Below, piece by piece: positions 1 to 9,388 of a stretch of 64,000 nucleotides of DNA. The position numbers and the translations under genes were made by a program. This stretch comes from Desulfurococcaceae archaeon. Its GTDB lineage: Archaea > Thermoproteota > Thermoprotei_A > Sulfolobales > Desulfurococcaceae. Below the pieces are notes generated by a model. That model saw only the letters and a list, made by a program, of their open reading frames with translations. It searched no databases and was not told where the DNA came from. Each line of letters opens with the position of its first letter. Position 1 is the first letter of the stretch. The stretch is taken from the NCBI GenBank assembly GCA_038888155.1, contig JAWAJB010000001.1, forward strand, positions 352,001 through 416,000, in the 5' to 3' direction.

Positions 1-494
1 TGCTTTAGTAGGTACCCAGTAGAGAATATCACTATTAAAACTAACGGCACAACAGCTATTGTAGCCCCTCCCTGGAAGCCTCCACCGGGCGTTAAGTGCC
101 CGTGAAAGGCTATAGATGCCCCTACAGCGAGGATCATAGGTGCAGTGATCTTCGTTACAGTTTTAACTATAACAGACAGCCCCACGCCCTCTTGACCCTG
201 GCCTAGCCTCTCCGAGAAGAGGCCGCGCGCAAGGGATAGGCCCGATATCAGTGCCAAGTAGAACACTGCAGTTTCGAATAGCGTATCCAGCCCTCTGTAG
301 TCCCACACTATAGCAGTTACTCCTTCAGGAGAATAAGCTGTATACTGCTCCTGCGGGTTGAATGTAGTGTATAGGTAGAAGACAGCGAGAGTTCTCAGCC
401 ACTCGCTGGGCATTAAGTAGTTGTAAGCTAGTGTTATAAGGAGCGCTACCGCTAAAACAAGCGTAACTACAACGAGCAGCTCTACAGACTTCAT
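1..494 (-). CDS. Mrp/Mbh antiporter subunit, MnhB-type (MbhE/F-like); runs off the window edge
   Basis: Not in ORF track. Manual translation from ATG at 494: MKSVELLVVV...VTAIVWDYRGLDTLFETAV...FHGHLTPGGGFQGG, both MnhB signatures; start overlaps upstream stop (ATGA). Confidence 0.88.
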   Translation of the reverse strand, partial: MKSVELLVVVTLVLAVALLITLAYNYLMPSEWLRTLAVFYLYTTFNPQEQYTAYSPEGVTAIVWDYRGLDTLFETAVFYLALISGLSLARGLFSERLGQGQEGVGLSVIVKTVTKITAPMILAVGASIAFHGHLTPGGGFQGGATIAVVPLVLIVIFSTGYLLK

Positions 495-751
495 TGCTTC
501 TCCCACCTCTCAGTTCTACTCACTATGATTATCAAAACTCCGGGGACGAGTCCAACAGCTACAGGTAAGTATACGAGAACGATGTCTGGGGCCATTAAAA
601 AGTAGTACAAGATAGTGTAGAGGCCGCTTTGGAGGGCGCTGTATATTACAGCCTTTAAAAGGTCGCGCTCTTTTATTGCTCTGTACGTTGCTATCGTAGA
701 AACTAAGCTCGCAGTAGCCATTATTAGGTACACAATTGTTTCAGCCACCAT
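491..751 (-). CDS. mbhD: Mbh/Mrp small membrane subunit, DUF4040 (MbhD-like)
   Basis: 86 aa hydrophobic; RDLLKAVI...LMAPDIVL pattern; operon context. Confidence 0.8.
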   Translation of the reverse strand: MVAETIVYLIMATASLVSTIATYRAIKERDLLKAVIYSALQSGLYTILYYFLMAPDIVLVYLPVAVGLVPGVLIIIVSRTERWEKQ

Positions 752-757
752 TGCAAC

Positions 758-1132
758 TCACCCACAGAGCTCTTTGTCCAGTAGATCTGCCGCGCACGGC
801 TGGACGCGAGCTACCCTAGCTTTGTGCACAGCCCTTGAGAGCGCGTGAGAGCCGGCAGGCGAGAGCATTAACACGACAATTGCCGATACAAAGCTCGCGC
901 CAGCTGTAAACCACTTGTAGACTCCCAGCTCGTCAATTGTTAAAGCTAGTAGAGAGGCCCCGAGAAGGGGATATACTGTCCCCCATATTGATCCAATGGT
1001 AGAGGCGTGAAGCCTTAAGTAAAAGTTCTTGAACCTGTGAAATCCCACAGCTGAAACTAAGGCTGCCGCTGATCCTAGCACCAATAAAATTGAGCCAATT
1101 GCTCTCAAGACGAGCTGCAGAGCATCAAGCAC
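758..1132 (-). CDS. mbhC: Na+/H+ antiporter subunit G (MnhG/MbhC)
   Basis: RFKNFYLRLHAST and SPAGSHALSRA motifs. Confidence 0.88.
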   Translation of the reverse strand: MLDALQLVLRAIGSILLVLGSAAALVSAVGFHRFKNFYLRLHASTIGSIWGTVYPLLGASLLALTIDELGVYKWFTAGASFVSAIVVLMLSPAGSHALSRAVHKARVARVQPCAADLLDKELCG

Positions 1133-1394
1133 CTAGATCACCCCTTTCGAGGTACTTTGATATGTAGATGTCTAGGGCATAAACCCAAAGGGCAAGTGGA
1201 ATTGCGACAATAGTTAAAATGGGCTCTTTGAAGTAAATGGAGTAAAGGACGAAGAGCACGATTGTCAAGTACGTAATAGTGTCTATGGCTAGGACTTGGT
1301 CTCCTATTGTAGGCCCCTTTAGTGCTCTTATGACTAGGATTAATATTGAGAGCAAGTAAATTATGGATACAATTAATATTAACGAGTCTATCAT
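1125..1394 (-). CDS. mbhB: Na+/H+ antiporter subunit F (MnhF/MbhB)
   Basis: RALKGPTIGDQVLAID motif; C-terminal SKYLERG. Confidence 0.88.
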   Translation of the reverse strand: MIDSLILIVSIIYLLSILILVIRALKGPTIGDQVLAIDTITYLTIVLFVLYSIYFKEPILTIVAIPLALWVYALDIYISKYLERGDLGA

Positions 1395-1792
1395 GGAGAC
1401 TGCACCTTTTTCAGCGTGCTAAGAGACAGCTCGCTTGATTGATACTTCTCTGTGCCGCCTATATCGTACTTGTTAGTTGCAATGTAGGCGTTAACGGGGC
1501 AGACCTTCACGCACCTGTAGCAGAAAACGCATTTTCCGTAGTTTATTAGTGGAAATAGCTTGCGCGGGTTTGTCCTTGGGGCTTCGTAGCCGGCAGGTAT
1601 AGATGTCATCTTGATGGCTTCTGCTGGACACTCCATTGCGCACAACGAGCAGCCAGTGCACTTAGTTAAGTCAGCGTACTGAACTCCCCTAAAGTCCTGT
1701 TCAACAGATGTTTTCTCGCGGGGATACTGAATAGTTGCTGGCTTGCTAAAGAGGTTTGCCAGAGATAGCTTGAGAAGCCTTGGCCTACCCAT
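1391..1792 (-). CDS. mbhN: 2[4Fe-4S] ferredoxin-like hydrogenase subunit (MbhN/NuoI-like)
   Basis: CTGCSLCAMECP and CVFCYRCVKVCP; PATIQYP; ATG at 1792 after GGTGA. Confidence 0.88.
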   Translation of the reverse strand: MGRPRLLKLSLANLFSKPATIQYPREKTSVEQDFRGVQYADLTKCTGCSLCAMECPAEAIKMTSIPAGYEAPRTNPRKLFPLINYGKCVFCYRCVKVCPVNAYIATNKYDIGGTEKYQSSELSLSTLKKVQSP

Positions 1793-2984
1793 GTATATCA
1801 CCAGCTAGTTTCTTAAAGGGTACTCTGTAGCGAACGCCTTTTTCAAGGTCAACAACGGTAGCCCTCTCCATGCAGGATATACAAGGGTCAAGAGAAGTCA
1901 ATATAACGGGGAGATCTGCAATCGTGTAGCCCACGTATATAAAGGCCGAGTTTATGAGGTTGTTGAAACTCGGAGTTCTAATCTTCAACCTGTAGGGGTT
2001 TGCGCCCTTCCCATCGCTCATAACGTAGTACGTTAGCTCCCCGCGTTGCGCCTCGACCCTAGTAAATGCCTCGCCCTGCGGGAACTTCCTTGGGAGTCTC
2101 CTCTCATCGGGCACTGGGTCTCCATCTGAGGGGAGCTTCTCCAGCACGTGTAAGCACATATCTATAGATTCCAGCGTCTCGTCCCACCTAACCATCATGC
2201 GAGCCCAGGCGTCGCCCTCGCTTCTAGTAATCACGTTAAATGGCGTTTCATTGTATGCGTCGTACCTATCGCTTGCCCTGCTGTCAATCTTTACGCCAGA
2301 CCCTCTAGCGTTTGGGCCCACAAAGCCGTGGCTTGTTACATCTCGATAGGAGACTTTGCCGACATCAACAAGCCTTTTAGCAATTGTTTCATCGTCTTTG
2401 AAAACTCCCTTGTAGTACTCTACTCTTGGCTTGATCTTCAACAAGATGTCGCGAAGTTGATCTCTCTTAACCCCGTCGATATCTCGGCGCACGCCTCCAA
2501 CTATCATGTAGTCGCCTAGAACGCGGTTACCGGTTAGGATCTCCTTTGCTTTCATTACCCTCTCTCTGTCCAGCATTATCTGCATGAACAGGTTTTCAAA
2601 GCCAACTATCTCTGCCATTACTGCGTTTATTAGCATGTGGCTATGTATCCTCTCAAGCTCCATTGCGAGTACGCGCAAGTAGCTTGCTCTCCGATTAGGC
2701 GTTATGCCCAGTATTTGTTCAAGCGCCCGAACATAGCAGTTCGCGTGAACGTTGTTGCATATTCCGCAAACTCTTCCCACAATGAATATATCCCTGTAAA
2801 AAGTGTTTCTCTCGCATAATTTCTCGATCCCCCTGTGATTGTAGCCAGTGTTAACATCTACTTTAACTACTTCTTCTCCATCTGCGTAAACTTTAATTAA
2901 AAGCGGCTCGTGCAGAGCTGGGTGCTGCGGGCCTATTGGGATCTCCGCTGTTATTGGTATCTCGACAATCTTAGTTATAGTCAT
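1785..2984 (-). CDS. mbhL: Group 4 [NiFe]-hydrogenase catalytic subunit (MbhL)
   Basis: GPQHP, RVCGIC and DPCISCMER Ni-binding motifs plus a cleavable C-terminal extension. Confidence 0.93.
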   Translation of the reverse strand: MTITKIVEIPITAEIPIGPQHPALHEPLLIKVYADGEEVVKVDVNTGYNHRGIEKLCERNTFYRDIFIVGRVCGICNNVHANCYVRALEQILGITPNRRASYLRVLAMELERIHSHMLINAVMAEIVGFENLFMQIMLDRERVMKAKEILTGNRVLGDYMIVGGVRRDIDGVKRDQLRDILLKIKPRVEYYKGVFKDDETIAKRLVDVGKVSYRDVTSHGFVGPNARGSGVKIDSRASDRYDAYNETPFNVITRSEGDAWARMMVRWDETLESIDMCLHVLEKLPSDGDPVPDERRLPRKFPQGEAFTRVEAQRGELTYYVMSDGKGANPYRLKIRTPSFNNLINSAFIYVGYTIADLPVILTSLDPCISCMERATVVDLEKGVRYRVPFKKLAGDIHG

Positions 2985-2986
2985 GC

Positions 2987-3436
2987 TTACACCTCGCTGT
3001 CTTTTCTAAGCGGGAATGCGCCCTTCTCTACGACGTCTTTGGATACGAAGAAACCGCGCTTTAAGAACGGGTTACCGCGAAAGATCACACCGAGGAGATC
3101 GTGAGTCTCGCACTCACCAGAGAGCGCTCCTGGTAGAATGTCTATAATGCTGTCAATTTCGGGGGCATCTCTAGGAATGAACGTCCTGATGACTACAGTC
3201 TCTTCTTCGGGAAGCAATACTACGTAGTAGTCTAGCCTTATCTTCCCTTCATCCTTCATGTCTGTTCCAATTAAAGTCGACATGTACAGCCCCTCGTAGC
3301 TAAGTTTTTCGACGAGCAACCCAAAGATCTTTTTCACGTCCTCTGGCTTAACGACAAATAGCTTTCTGTTGGGCTTAACAACACCTTTCTCCAGCGCAAA
3401 TGCCTCAAATAACTTTATTTTCTCATTGGCAGCCAT
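2987..3436 (-). CDS. mbhK: Hydrogenase subunit MbhK (NuoC-like)
   Basis: ECETHDLLGVIFRGNP...FPLRKD; likely ATG at 3436. Confidence 0.88.
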   Translation of the reverse strand: MAANEKIKLFEAFALEKGVVKPNRKLFVVKPEDVKKIFGLLVEKLSYEGLYMSTLIGTDMKDEGKIRLDYYVVLLPEEETVVIRTFIPRDAPEIDSIIDILPGALSGECETHDLLGVIFRGNPFLKRGFFVSKDVVEKGAFPLRKDSEV

Positions 3437-3899
3437 CGCGTGGAACACCGCTGCCTCCAATTAACTTGAGAAGCTTAACGAGGCCATCCAGTATCGCCTC
3501 TGGCCTAGGCGGGCAGCCAGGAACATACGCAGCTACAGGGACGGCTTTGTCCGCCCCGCCGACAACGTTATACGAAGTCGCAAAGACTCCGCCATCTGTA
3601 GCGCAAGCGCCTACAGCTACTACGAATTTGGGGCACGGCATTTGATCATACAATCTCTTTAGCCTCTCAGCGCTCTTCTTGGTTACAGCGCCAGTTACAA
3701 CGAGTATGTCTCCGTGCCTAATGCTAGGGGCTAGTTTAACCCCAAAGCGCTCGGGATCGTAAAGAGGTGTAATAGACGTTAAGACCTCGATATCGCATCC
3801 ATTACAGGCTCCTGTATTAAAGTGAACTAGCCACGGGCTAAACCGAACTATTCTATAGTTAGCTTTCTTTGACTCAGCTACTGTGGCAGTCATAAGCAC
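3423..3899 (-). CDS. mbhJ: Hydrogenase small subunit MbhJ (NuoB-like)
   Basis: GACNGCDIE, VGACATDGG, VPGCPPRP. Confidence 0.92.
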   Translation of the reverse strand: MLMTATVAESKKANYRIVRFSPWLVHFNTGACNGCDIEVLTSITPLYDPERFGVKLAPSIRHGDILVVTGAVTKKSAERLKRLYDQMPCPKFVVAVGACATDGGVFATSYNVVGGADKAVPVAAYVPGCPPRPEAILDGLVKLLKLIGGSGVPRDGCQ

Positions 3900-3955
3900 G
3901 CCTCTACGAATTCCCTATGTTGGGGGGAAGTTTATAAATGTGATAATTGCTTGCA

Positions 3956-6277
3956 TTAATCCATTGCCTTGAGGGAGGCTGCAATGACTTGCCCGAGAGC
4001 TATGCCTCCGTCACTAGGGGGTATTCTTTGAGGTAGACGCGGGGTTAAGCTGTATTCTAGTAGCTTGTCCCTAATCCCCATGTATATGAAGTTGTTGACT
4101 ATTGCTCCGCCTGAGGCGACAATCTCGCTCACTCTGTATCCCTTAGTTGCCTCAGCTAGCGTTTCCCCTAGGGCTAGCCCAAGCGCGTAGAGAAAGCTCT
4201 TCGCCAGCGTTGGTTTGCTTAACTTGAATTTGTTTTCAAAGACCCAATCAACTAGGCCAGTGTAGTCTAGCTGATGAATGCCGTCGCGTTCTACTACTCT
4301 GTAGTTGTCAACAGCGACTAAATCGCCCCTGTAAGCTATTGACTCGAGCCATATTGCCGGTTCTCCTTCAAAGGTCCTCTTAATTTGGGGATCTAGAGCT
4401 GCCGCTACAAGGTCTATTAACCTACCAGTGCTTGAAGCAGGTATGTACTTGCCGCGTTTCACTAGCGAGTACGCGTACTTTGTATCCAGTAGCTCTTTAC
4501 TGCCATCTGCCCCTACAAGCTTCTGTATTTCGTTGAAGTCAAGCCCTCTAAGGGAATAGTGAGCGTAAACTAACCTCAGGGGGAAGTAGGCATCCCTATC
4601 GCTTATTAGGGGGAGCGGAAGTATAGATGCTACTCGTTTAAATCCGTAAGAGTCTGCGCTGAATTTTAGTACTTCTCCTCCCCAAATTGTCCCGTCAAGG
4701 CCCCACCCAACTCCGTCAATGGCCAAGCCAGCTATATTGCCCTCTAATTCGTTATCTACAGCTGCCCCCAAGACATGAGCGTAGTGGTGCTGTACTTCTA
4801 CCCACTGGAGGGAGCGGTTTTTTGCGTACTCTAAGCCAATTATCCTAGAGAAGAGCCTTGGGTGCATATCGACAACGACTAGGGGCTTTAGCCTCTCCCC
4901 TATGCGGTAGTTCCTAGTGAAGAAATCGATGTACTTGAGGAGGTCCCTATGAGTAGCGGGAGTTTCCATATCCCCTATGAACTGCGTTAGCACTACTTTA
5001 TCTTCGAAGCCAACGGCGCCAGCGTTAGAGTTGTCTGCCCCAAAGGCTATGTACTCCCCCTTGAGGTCAACCCTAGTTGTAATCCAAGAAGGGGCATATC
5101 CGCGGCTTCTCCTCAGCATTAAGTAGTTGTCCCCCGTTTTCCTGATAACGCTGTCATCAACGCGGTTTACAATTTCCCGATCATGTATGAGGAAGTAGTC
5201 AACTACCTTGGACAGCTTGCCTTTGGCGCACTCCTCATCTATGCACATAGGTTCTCCAGCTATATTTCCGCTCGTCATAATGAGGAACTTATCCCTAGTG
5301 TTCATGAGCAATAAGTAGTGAAGCGGCGTGTACGCAGTGAAAACTCCCTCGTGAGATAAATCAGGCGACACGTATTTAGACACAGGGGTGTCGGGCTTCT
5401 TGGGGAGAAGCAGTATAGGTGATTGCGGCGAGCTTAAGATTTCTTCATCCCTCTCATCAATGTACACCAAGCTCCTGAGCACCTGCGTGTCGAGCCCCAT
5501 TACGGCAAAAGGCTTTCTAGGCCTGTTCTTCCTCCTCCTAAGCTCAATTACTACGTCGTCATTTGTTGCAAGGGCAGCTATATGGTACCCTCCTATTCCT
5601 TTTACAGCGAGAATGTGCCCCTCATCAATGAGCTTCGAGGCCTCTAGTATGGGGTTCTTAGAGTCTATTAGCTTGAACTCGCTGTCCACTAGATTAACCC
5701 GCGGGCCGTCTACTGGACAGCTTATACCTTGTGCGTGATGTCGCCTCACGTTGTTGATGTCGTTATACTCAGCAAGGCAGTCAGGACATAGGCTGTACTT
5801 AGCCATGGCTGTATTCTCTCTATCGTAAGGAACTTTGTACATCATGGAGAACCTAGGACCGCACCAAGCGCACGAGTTGAAAGGGTAGCCTTTTCTCCGG
5901 TTGCTGGGATCCAGAACCTCTGCTAGGCATTCACGGCAAATAGCAAAATCGGGGGGGATATTGGATCTTGCGTAAGAGCTTTTAGCGCTTTTCTCAATGG
6001 TGAACTCTACGAAGCCTTTAGGTACTTCGGGGTAAAGAAACACGTATTCCAATAACGCTACAGGGGGCTTATCATTGAACAGCGAGATCAGGAATTCATA
6101 GAGATTTTCTTCTGGCCCCTCAGCCCAGACTTCTACCTCGTTGCCGCCGATATTTCTCACGTATCCACTAACTCCGAGCTTATTCGCTATCCTCCTTATA
6201 AAAGGCCTAAAGCCAACGCCCTGAACCAGCCCGACTACGATTATGTGCGTAGCGGATTTTTGTAGCTCGCTCCCCAC
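3956..6277 (-). CDS. hypF: Hydrogenase maturation carbamoyltransferase HypF
   Basis: VQGVGFRPF acylphosphatase domain, CxxC zinc fingers, KGIGGYH, QHHYAH, DGGIALGQ. Confidence 0.96.
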   Translation of the reverse strand: MGSELQKSATHIIVVGLVQGVGFRPFIRRIANKLGVSGYVRNIGGNEVEVWAEGPEENLYEFLISLFNDKPPVALLEYVFLYPEVPKGFVEFTIEKSAKSSYARSNIPPDFAICRECLAEVLDPSNRRKGYPFNSCAWCGPRFSMMYKVPYDRENTAMAKYSLCPDCLAEYNDINNVRRHHAQGISCPVDGPRVNLVDSEFKLIDSKNPILEASKLIDEGHILAVKGIGGYHIAALATNDDVVIELRRRKNRPRKPFAVMGLDTQVLRSLVYIDERDEEILSSPQSPILLLPKKPDTPVSKYVSPDLSHEGVFTAYTPLHYLLLMNTRDKFLIMTSGNIAGEPMCIDEECAKGKLSKVVDYFLIHDREIVNRVDDSVIRKTGDNYLMLRRSRGYAPSWITTRVDLKGEYIAFGADNSNAGAVGFEDKVVLTQFIGDMETPATHRDLLKYIDFFTRNYRIGERLKPLVVVDMHPRLFSRIIGLEYAKNRSLQWVEVQHHYAHVLGAAVDNELEGNIAGLAIDGVGWGLDGTIWGGEVLKFSADSYGFKRVASILPLPLISDRDAYFPLRLVYAHYSLRGLDFNEIQKLVGADGSKELLDTKYAYSLVKRGKYIPASSTGRLIDLVAAALDPQIKRTFEGEPAIWLESIAYRGDLVAVDNYRVVERDGIHQLDYTGLVDWVFENKFKLSKPTLAKSFLYALGLALGETLAEATKGYRVSEIVASGGAIVNNFIYMGIRDKLLEYSLTPRLPQRIPPSDGGIALGQVIAASLKAMD

Positions 6278-6317
6278 AGCAGACGCCTCGCTTGTCCTTA
6301 ACCAGGTTTTTACCTTT

Positions 6318-6330
6318 ATAACAGTGTTAT
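6318..6330. promoter_or_regulatory. Palindromic operator ATAAC-AGT-GTTAT in the hypF promoter
   Basis: Inverted repeat overlapping a TATA-like TTATAAAG; same arms and spacing recur at 9389-9401. Confidence 0.5.
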
Positions 6331-6347
6331 TGAACTGCTTTTATATG

Positions 6348-7037
6348 TTACTTGGCCTTTGGGTATCTCTCCCCCTCACCTATAACCCAGTAATCCCCGT
6401 CCGATCTTCTCTCTAGCTTGAAAATAGCTACCTCTCTCTTAACTCTCTCTACTATATCGCTTACAGCTGCTAAAGCCCAACTCCTCGTAGGCGCTGCGGC
6501 AACTATAACAATGGATATGTCCCCCGGCTTTAGCGGACCCGTGTAATGCCATAGAATAACGGCTTTTAACTTGTGCTCCTCTGCTTCCTCTTTAGCTATT
6601 TTCTCCAACTGGCTCAAGGTCGTCTCCCTAATGTCAGAGTACTCCAGCTCGTACACGTCTGCATTGCCCACTCTCCCCTTAACGTAGCCTATAAATGCTG
6701 CCAGTGCCCCAGATTCTGGGTCGAGGTGCGTTATTTTGTAGAACAAGTCATTGAAGTTAATCTTCTCCCATCTATCCAGCACTTTAACGTCAATTAAGGG
6801 GCACCCCCCTGAGAAAGGAGGCGCTATGTGAATAACCGAGTCTCCTCCTATGATATGATCCTCGCTGACAGTTCTATCGCTCACTATAATTACTGGCTTA
6901 ACGTTACATGGAAGCCCGTAGTTGTTCTTTAGAAAGTCCAAGAGGTCTCTAACGCTTATTGGCTTCTCGAACTCAAGCTCGAGCGTCTCGCCGAGGTAGT
7001 CCCTGAAAACCGAGTAGGCCTTAACTAGTACCTTCAC
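6348..7037 (-). CDS. moaE: MoaD-MoaE fusion molybdopterin synthase (MoaX-like)
   Basis: N-terminal ubiquitin-like domain ending PPFSGG, followed by MoaE domain (GALAAFIGYVK, LEYS, VKREVAIFKLE). Confidence 0.88.
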   Translation of the reverse strand: MKVLVKAYSVFRDYLGETLELEFEKPISVRDLLDFLKNNYGLPCNVKPVIIVSDRTVSEDHIIGGDSVIHIAPPFSGGCPLIDVKVLDRWEKINFNDLFYKITHLDPESGALAAFIGYVKGRVGNADVYELEYSDIRETTLSQLEKIAKEEAEEHKLKAVILWHYTGPLKPGDISIVIVAAAPTRSWALAAVSDIVERVKREVAIFKLERRSDGDYWVIGEGERYPKAK

Positions 7038-7482
7038 TGCTAACCTCCCGCTTAACTTTCTCTAAGACTCGGATCTCCGTAATAGCTGTATGTGGGTATT
7101 GGCCCCCCTCATCTTTCTCGTACTTCTTAACCATATCCCATATATTTAGAAGGGCAGCGGCAGCTCCCGCTAGCGCTTCCATTTCAACGCCCGTTCTAGC
7201 TGTGGTTTTAACGCTTACGTACACTCTAATACCTTCGCTTAATACCTCGAACTTTACTTCTACCCCAGCAATGGGAATGTTGTGAGCCAGCGGCAACAAG
7301 CGAGGCGTCTCCTTAACGGCATTTATCGCTGCAATAGTCGAGGCAGTCAACACATCTCCCTTTTCTACTAAGCCCTTCTTGATGAGCTCAATAGTTTCCT
7401 CCCTAAGCTTAATGAAGCCCGTTGCTGTCGCCACTCTGTGCGATTCAGCCTTACTGCTTATGTCTACCATTTTAATGGGCAT
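7021..7482 (-). CDS. moaC: Cyclic pyranopterin monophosphate synthase MoaC
   Basis: MVDISSK, KGDVL, TGVEMEAL, WDMVK. Confidence 0.95.
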   Translation of the reverse strand: MPIKMVDISSKAESHRVATATGFIKLREETIELIKKGLVEKGDVLTASTIAAINAVKETPRLLPLAHNIPIAGVEVKFEVLSEGIRVYVSVKTTARTGVEMEALAGAAAALLNIWDMVKKYEKDEGGQYPHTAITEIRVLEKVKREVSSEGTS

Positions 7483-8426
7483 TATTTCTCACCGCGAGCG
7501 AAGTAGGGTCTACGAAGCGCTGTTACTTTTCTAAAAGCGTGGATAAGTTTCTCTTCATCCCTGCTCTTCACTGGCTCTAGGATGCTTACGCAGGGGTCTT
7601 CAACGTAGAGGCAAGGCTTCAAGCAAGCGTCTGGAGTGAGCCTTAACCTCGAGCACTTTTCGCAGAAAAAGTAGTTGTTGTAGCCAACAACGACCTCTAC
7701 CTCGATCCCGCTGTTCAAAAGGTATACGGGCCTGTTGTGTAGCTCCCTATAGCGCTTGCTCGCGCTTGCCCTCTCTAAGTAGTCTACTATATTTCCAAGC
7801 CCAGAGTGTTCAGCGCTGTAAGTAGCTTCTGGGACGCCAAGCGGAATGAGCTCTATTAAGTTCACGTTTAAACCCCGGTGCTCGGCAAACGCGAGGATCT
7901 CCTGGAACTCATCTACATTGCTCCTCATTGCCAGGAAATTTATCTTAACCTTTAAGCCGTACTTAATGGCCTGGTCTATACCTGCAGTAACAGCGTCGAG
8001 CATTTTTGAGCCCCCTGTTATGTAGCTGTATTTTTCTGCCTTCAGTGAGTGCAGGCTGACATTTATTCTATCTAATCCCGCCCGAGCGAGGTCTCCAATT
8101 CTCTGAGCTAGCAGCGAGCCGTTTGTAACTAGCGATATCTCTTTCGCGAAGGGCCTAATGCTTCTCACTATTTCAGCTATGTCCTCTCTGAGTAGCGGCT
8201 CGCCTCCAGTGAGCTTGTAATTTCTCACGCCTAACTTACACGCTGTGCGCGCTATGAAGCCGTAGTCTAAGGGGTTGAGCTCCTCTCTGCTAGTGTGAAA
8301 AACCCCCTCGCTGTGACAGAATATACACTTATAGTTACAGCGCAAGGTTACAAGCACTCTAAGGGTATCAATGACCCTGCCGTAGGGGTCTCGAAGCGCC
8401 TTTTCTTCACTTGAGCAATGGAGCAT
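7482..8426 (-). CDS. moaA: GTP 3',8-cyclase MoaA
   Basis: DPYGR, CNYKCIFC, TGGEPLLR, FCEKCSRLRLT...KPCL. Confidence 0.95.
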   Translation of the reverse strand: MLHCSSEEKALRDPYGRVIDTLRVLVTLRCNYKCIFCHSEGVFHTSREELNPLDYGFIARTACKLGVRNYKLTGGEPLLREDIAEIVRSIRPFAKEISLVTNGSLLAQRIGDLARAGLDRINVSLHSLKAEKYSYITGGSKMLDAVTAGIDQAIKYGLKVKINFLAMRSNVDEFQEILAFAEHRGLNVNLIELIPLGVPEATYSAEHSGLGNIVDYLERASASKRYRELHNRPVYLLNSGIEVEVVVGYNNYFFCEKCSRLRLTPDACLKPCLYVEDPCVSILEPVKSRDEEKLIHAFRKVTALRRPYFARGEK

Positions 8427-8655
8427 CTACAGGTACCCTAATGCCTTTTTTCTTTAACTACACTACCGCTAATAACTTTTAGGTATCAGTGTAGATCGGG
8501 CAGTTTAAGCGAATCCCCTACAGCCTTTTTTATCTAGGATTAGGGCAACTAATGTAGGGGCTGCTGATTATATTAGCCCTGAAGAGCTCATCTGTACTTG
8601 AACGAGCCATTGAGTCAACTGCATGATCTTAACTTCTCTTGGGAGGTCCATAGGC

Positions 8656-9027
8656 ATGTTGGTCTTAGAGGAGCAAGGCAAGAGCGTGGCGGCTAGAAAG
8701 CCTAGGCGGGGCGATATATGCACAGCTGTTTACGCGCTCATTCAGCTAATACCAATGGGGTACGTAACTAGCTACAAGAGCATAGGTGACGCACTGGGGG
8801 TACACCAACGCCTTGTCGCGCTGTGCTTAAAGGAAAATAGGGACCCCATAATTGTGCCCTGCCACAGAGTTGTGTACAGCTCTCGCCGGTTGGGGGGATA
8901 TAGCAGGCTTGGTAGGGCGTTTAAAGCTAGACTACTTGAATTAGAGGGAGTTGCCCTAGATGGAGGAGAAATGGTTTCGCCGAAGCACTTCATTAACGCA
9001 AAGGCCCTGCTCTGTAGAAGCCCTTGA
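8656..9027 (+). CDS. ogt: O6-methylguanine-DNA methyltransferase family protein (C-terminal domain only)
   Basis: IPMGYVTSY...NRDPIIVPCHRVV...LGGY...LLELEG; start placed at ATG after GGAGGT. Confidence 0.85.
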   Translation: MLVLEEQGKSVAARKPRRGDICTAVYALIQLIPMGYVTSYKSIGDALGVHQRLVALCLKENRDPIIVPCHRVVYSSRRLGGYSRLGRAFKARLLELEGVALDGGEMVSPKHFINAKALLCRSP

Positions 9028-9379
9028 ACTCTACCTCTTTCTCATTTATGTAGTCTACTAGCCTAGCGAGTAGGGAACGGTCCCTAGCTAATTTATCGCA
9101 TAAATTACACGGGTGGAATTCTATGCCCCCGTAAAGCTGCTTCGCAAAATCGTCAAATATGTTTTTAAGCTCGGGAGAGCAATCGAGGATGTAAAAGTAC
9201 TTAATTCTACGTCTCCCCGTCACAACGTAGTTTACTGCTGACTGCTTCATGTTGAGCGCTTTAGCGGCCTTTAACTGCGAGAAGCCGTAGTTTTTAACGA
9301 GCGTGTAAGCTAAATAGGCCTTAGCCACGGGGAGGATCTTCTTAGTATAGACTTCGCAGAAAGACTTCGTTTTGTACAC
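8993..9379 (-). CDS. HTH transcriptional regulator (COG2522 / ThiR N-terminal-like) with Cys motifs
   Basis: FCE...ILP..KA.LA..LV..YG.SQ..AAK.L...QSAVNY...RR pattern; C-terminal CNLC. Confidence 0.75.
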   Translation of the reverse strand: MYKTKSFCEVYTKKILPVAKAYLAYTLVKNYGFSQLKAAKALNMKQSAVNYVVTGRRRIKYFYILDCSPELKNIFDDFAKQLYGGIEFHPCNLCDKLARDRSLLARLVDYINEKEVEFKGFYRAGPLR

Positions 9380-9388
9380 CCATCACTA

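Noticed and set aside
8515-8560. CCCCTACA/TGTAGGGG inverted repeat between moaA and ogt
   Set aside because: Single 8-bp stem with no ACA, K-turn or second copy; could be chance.
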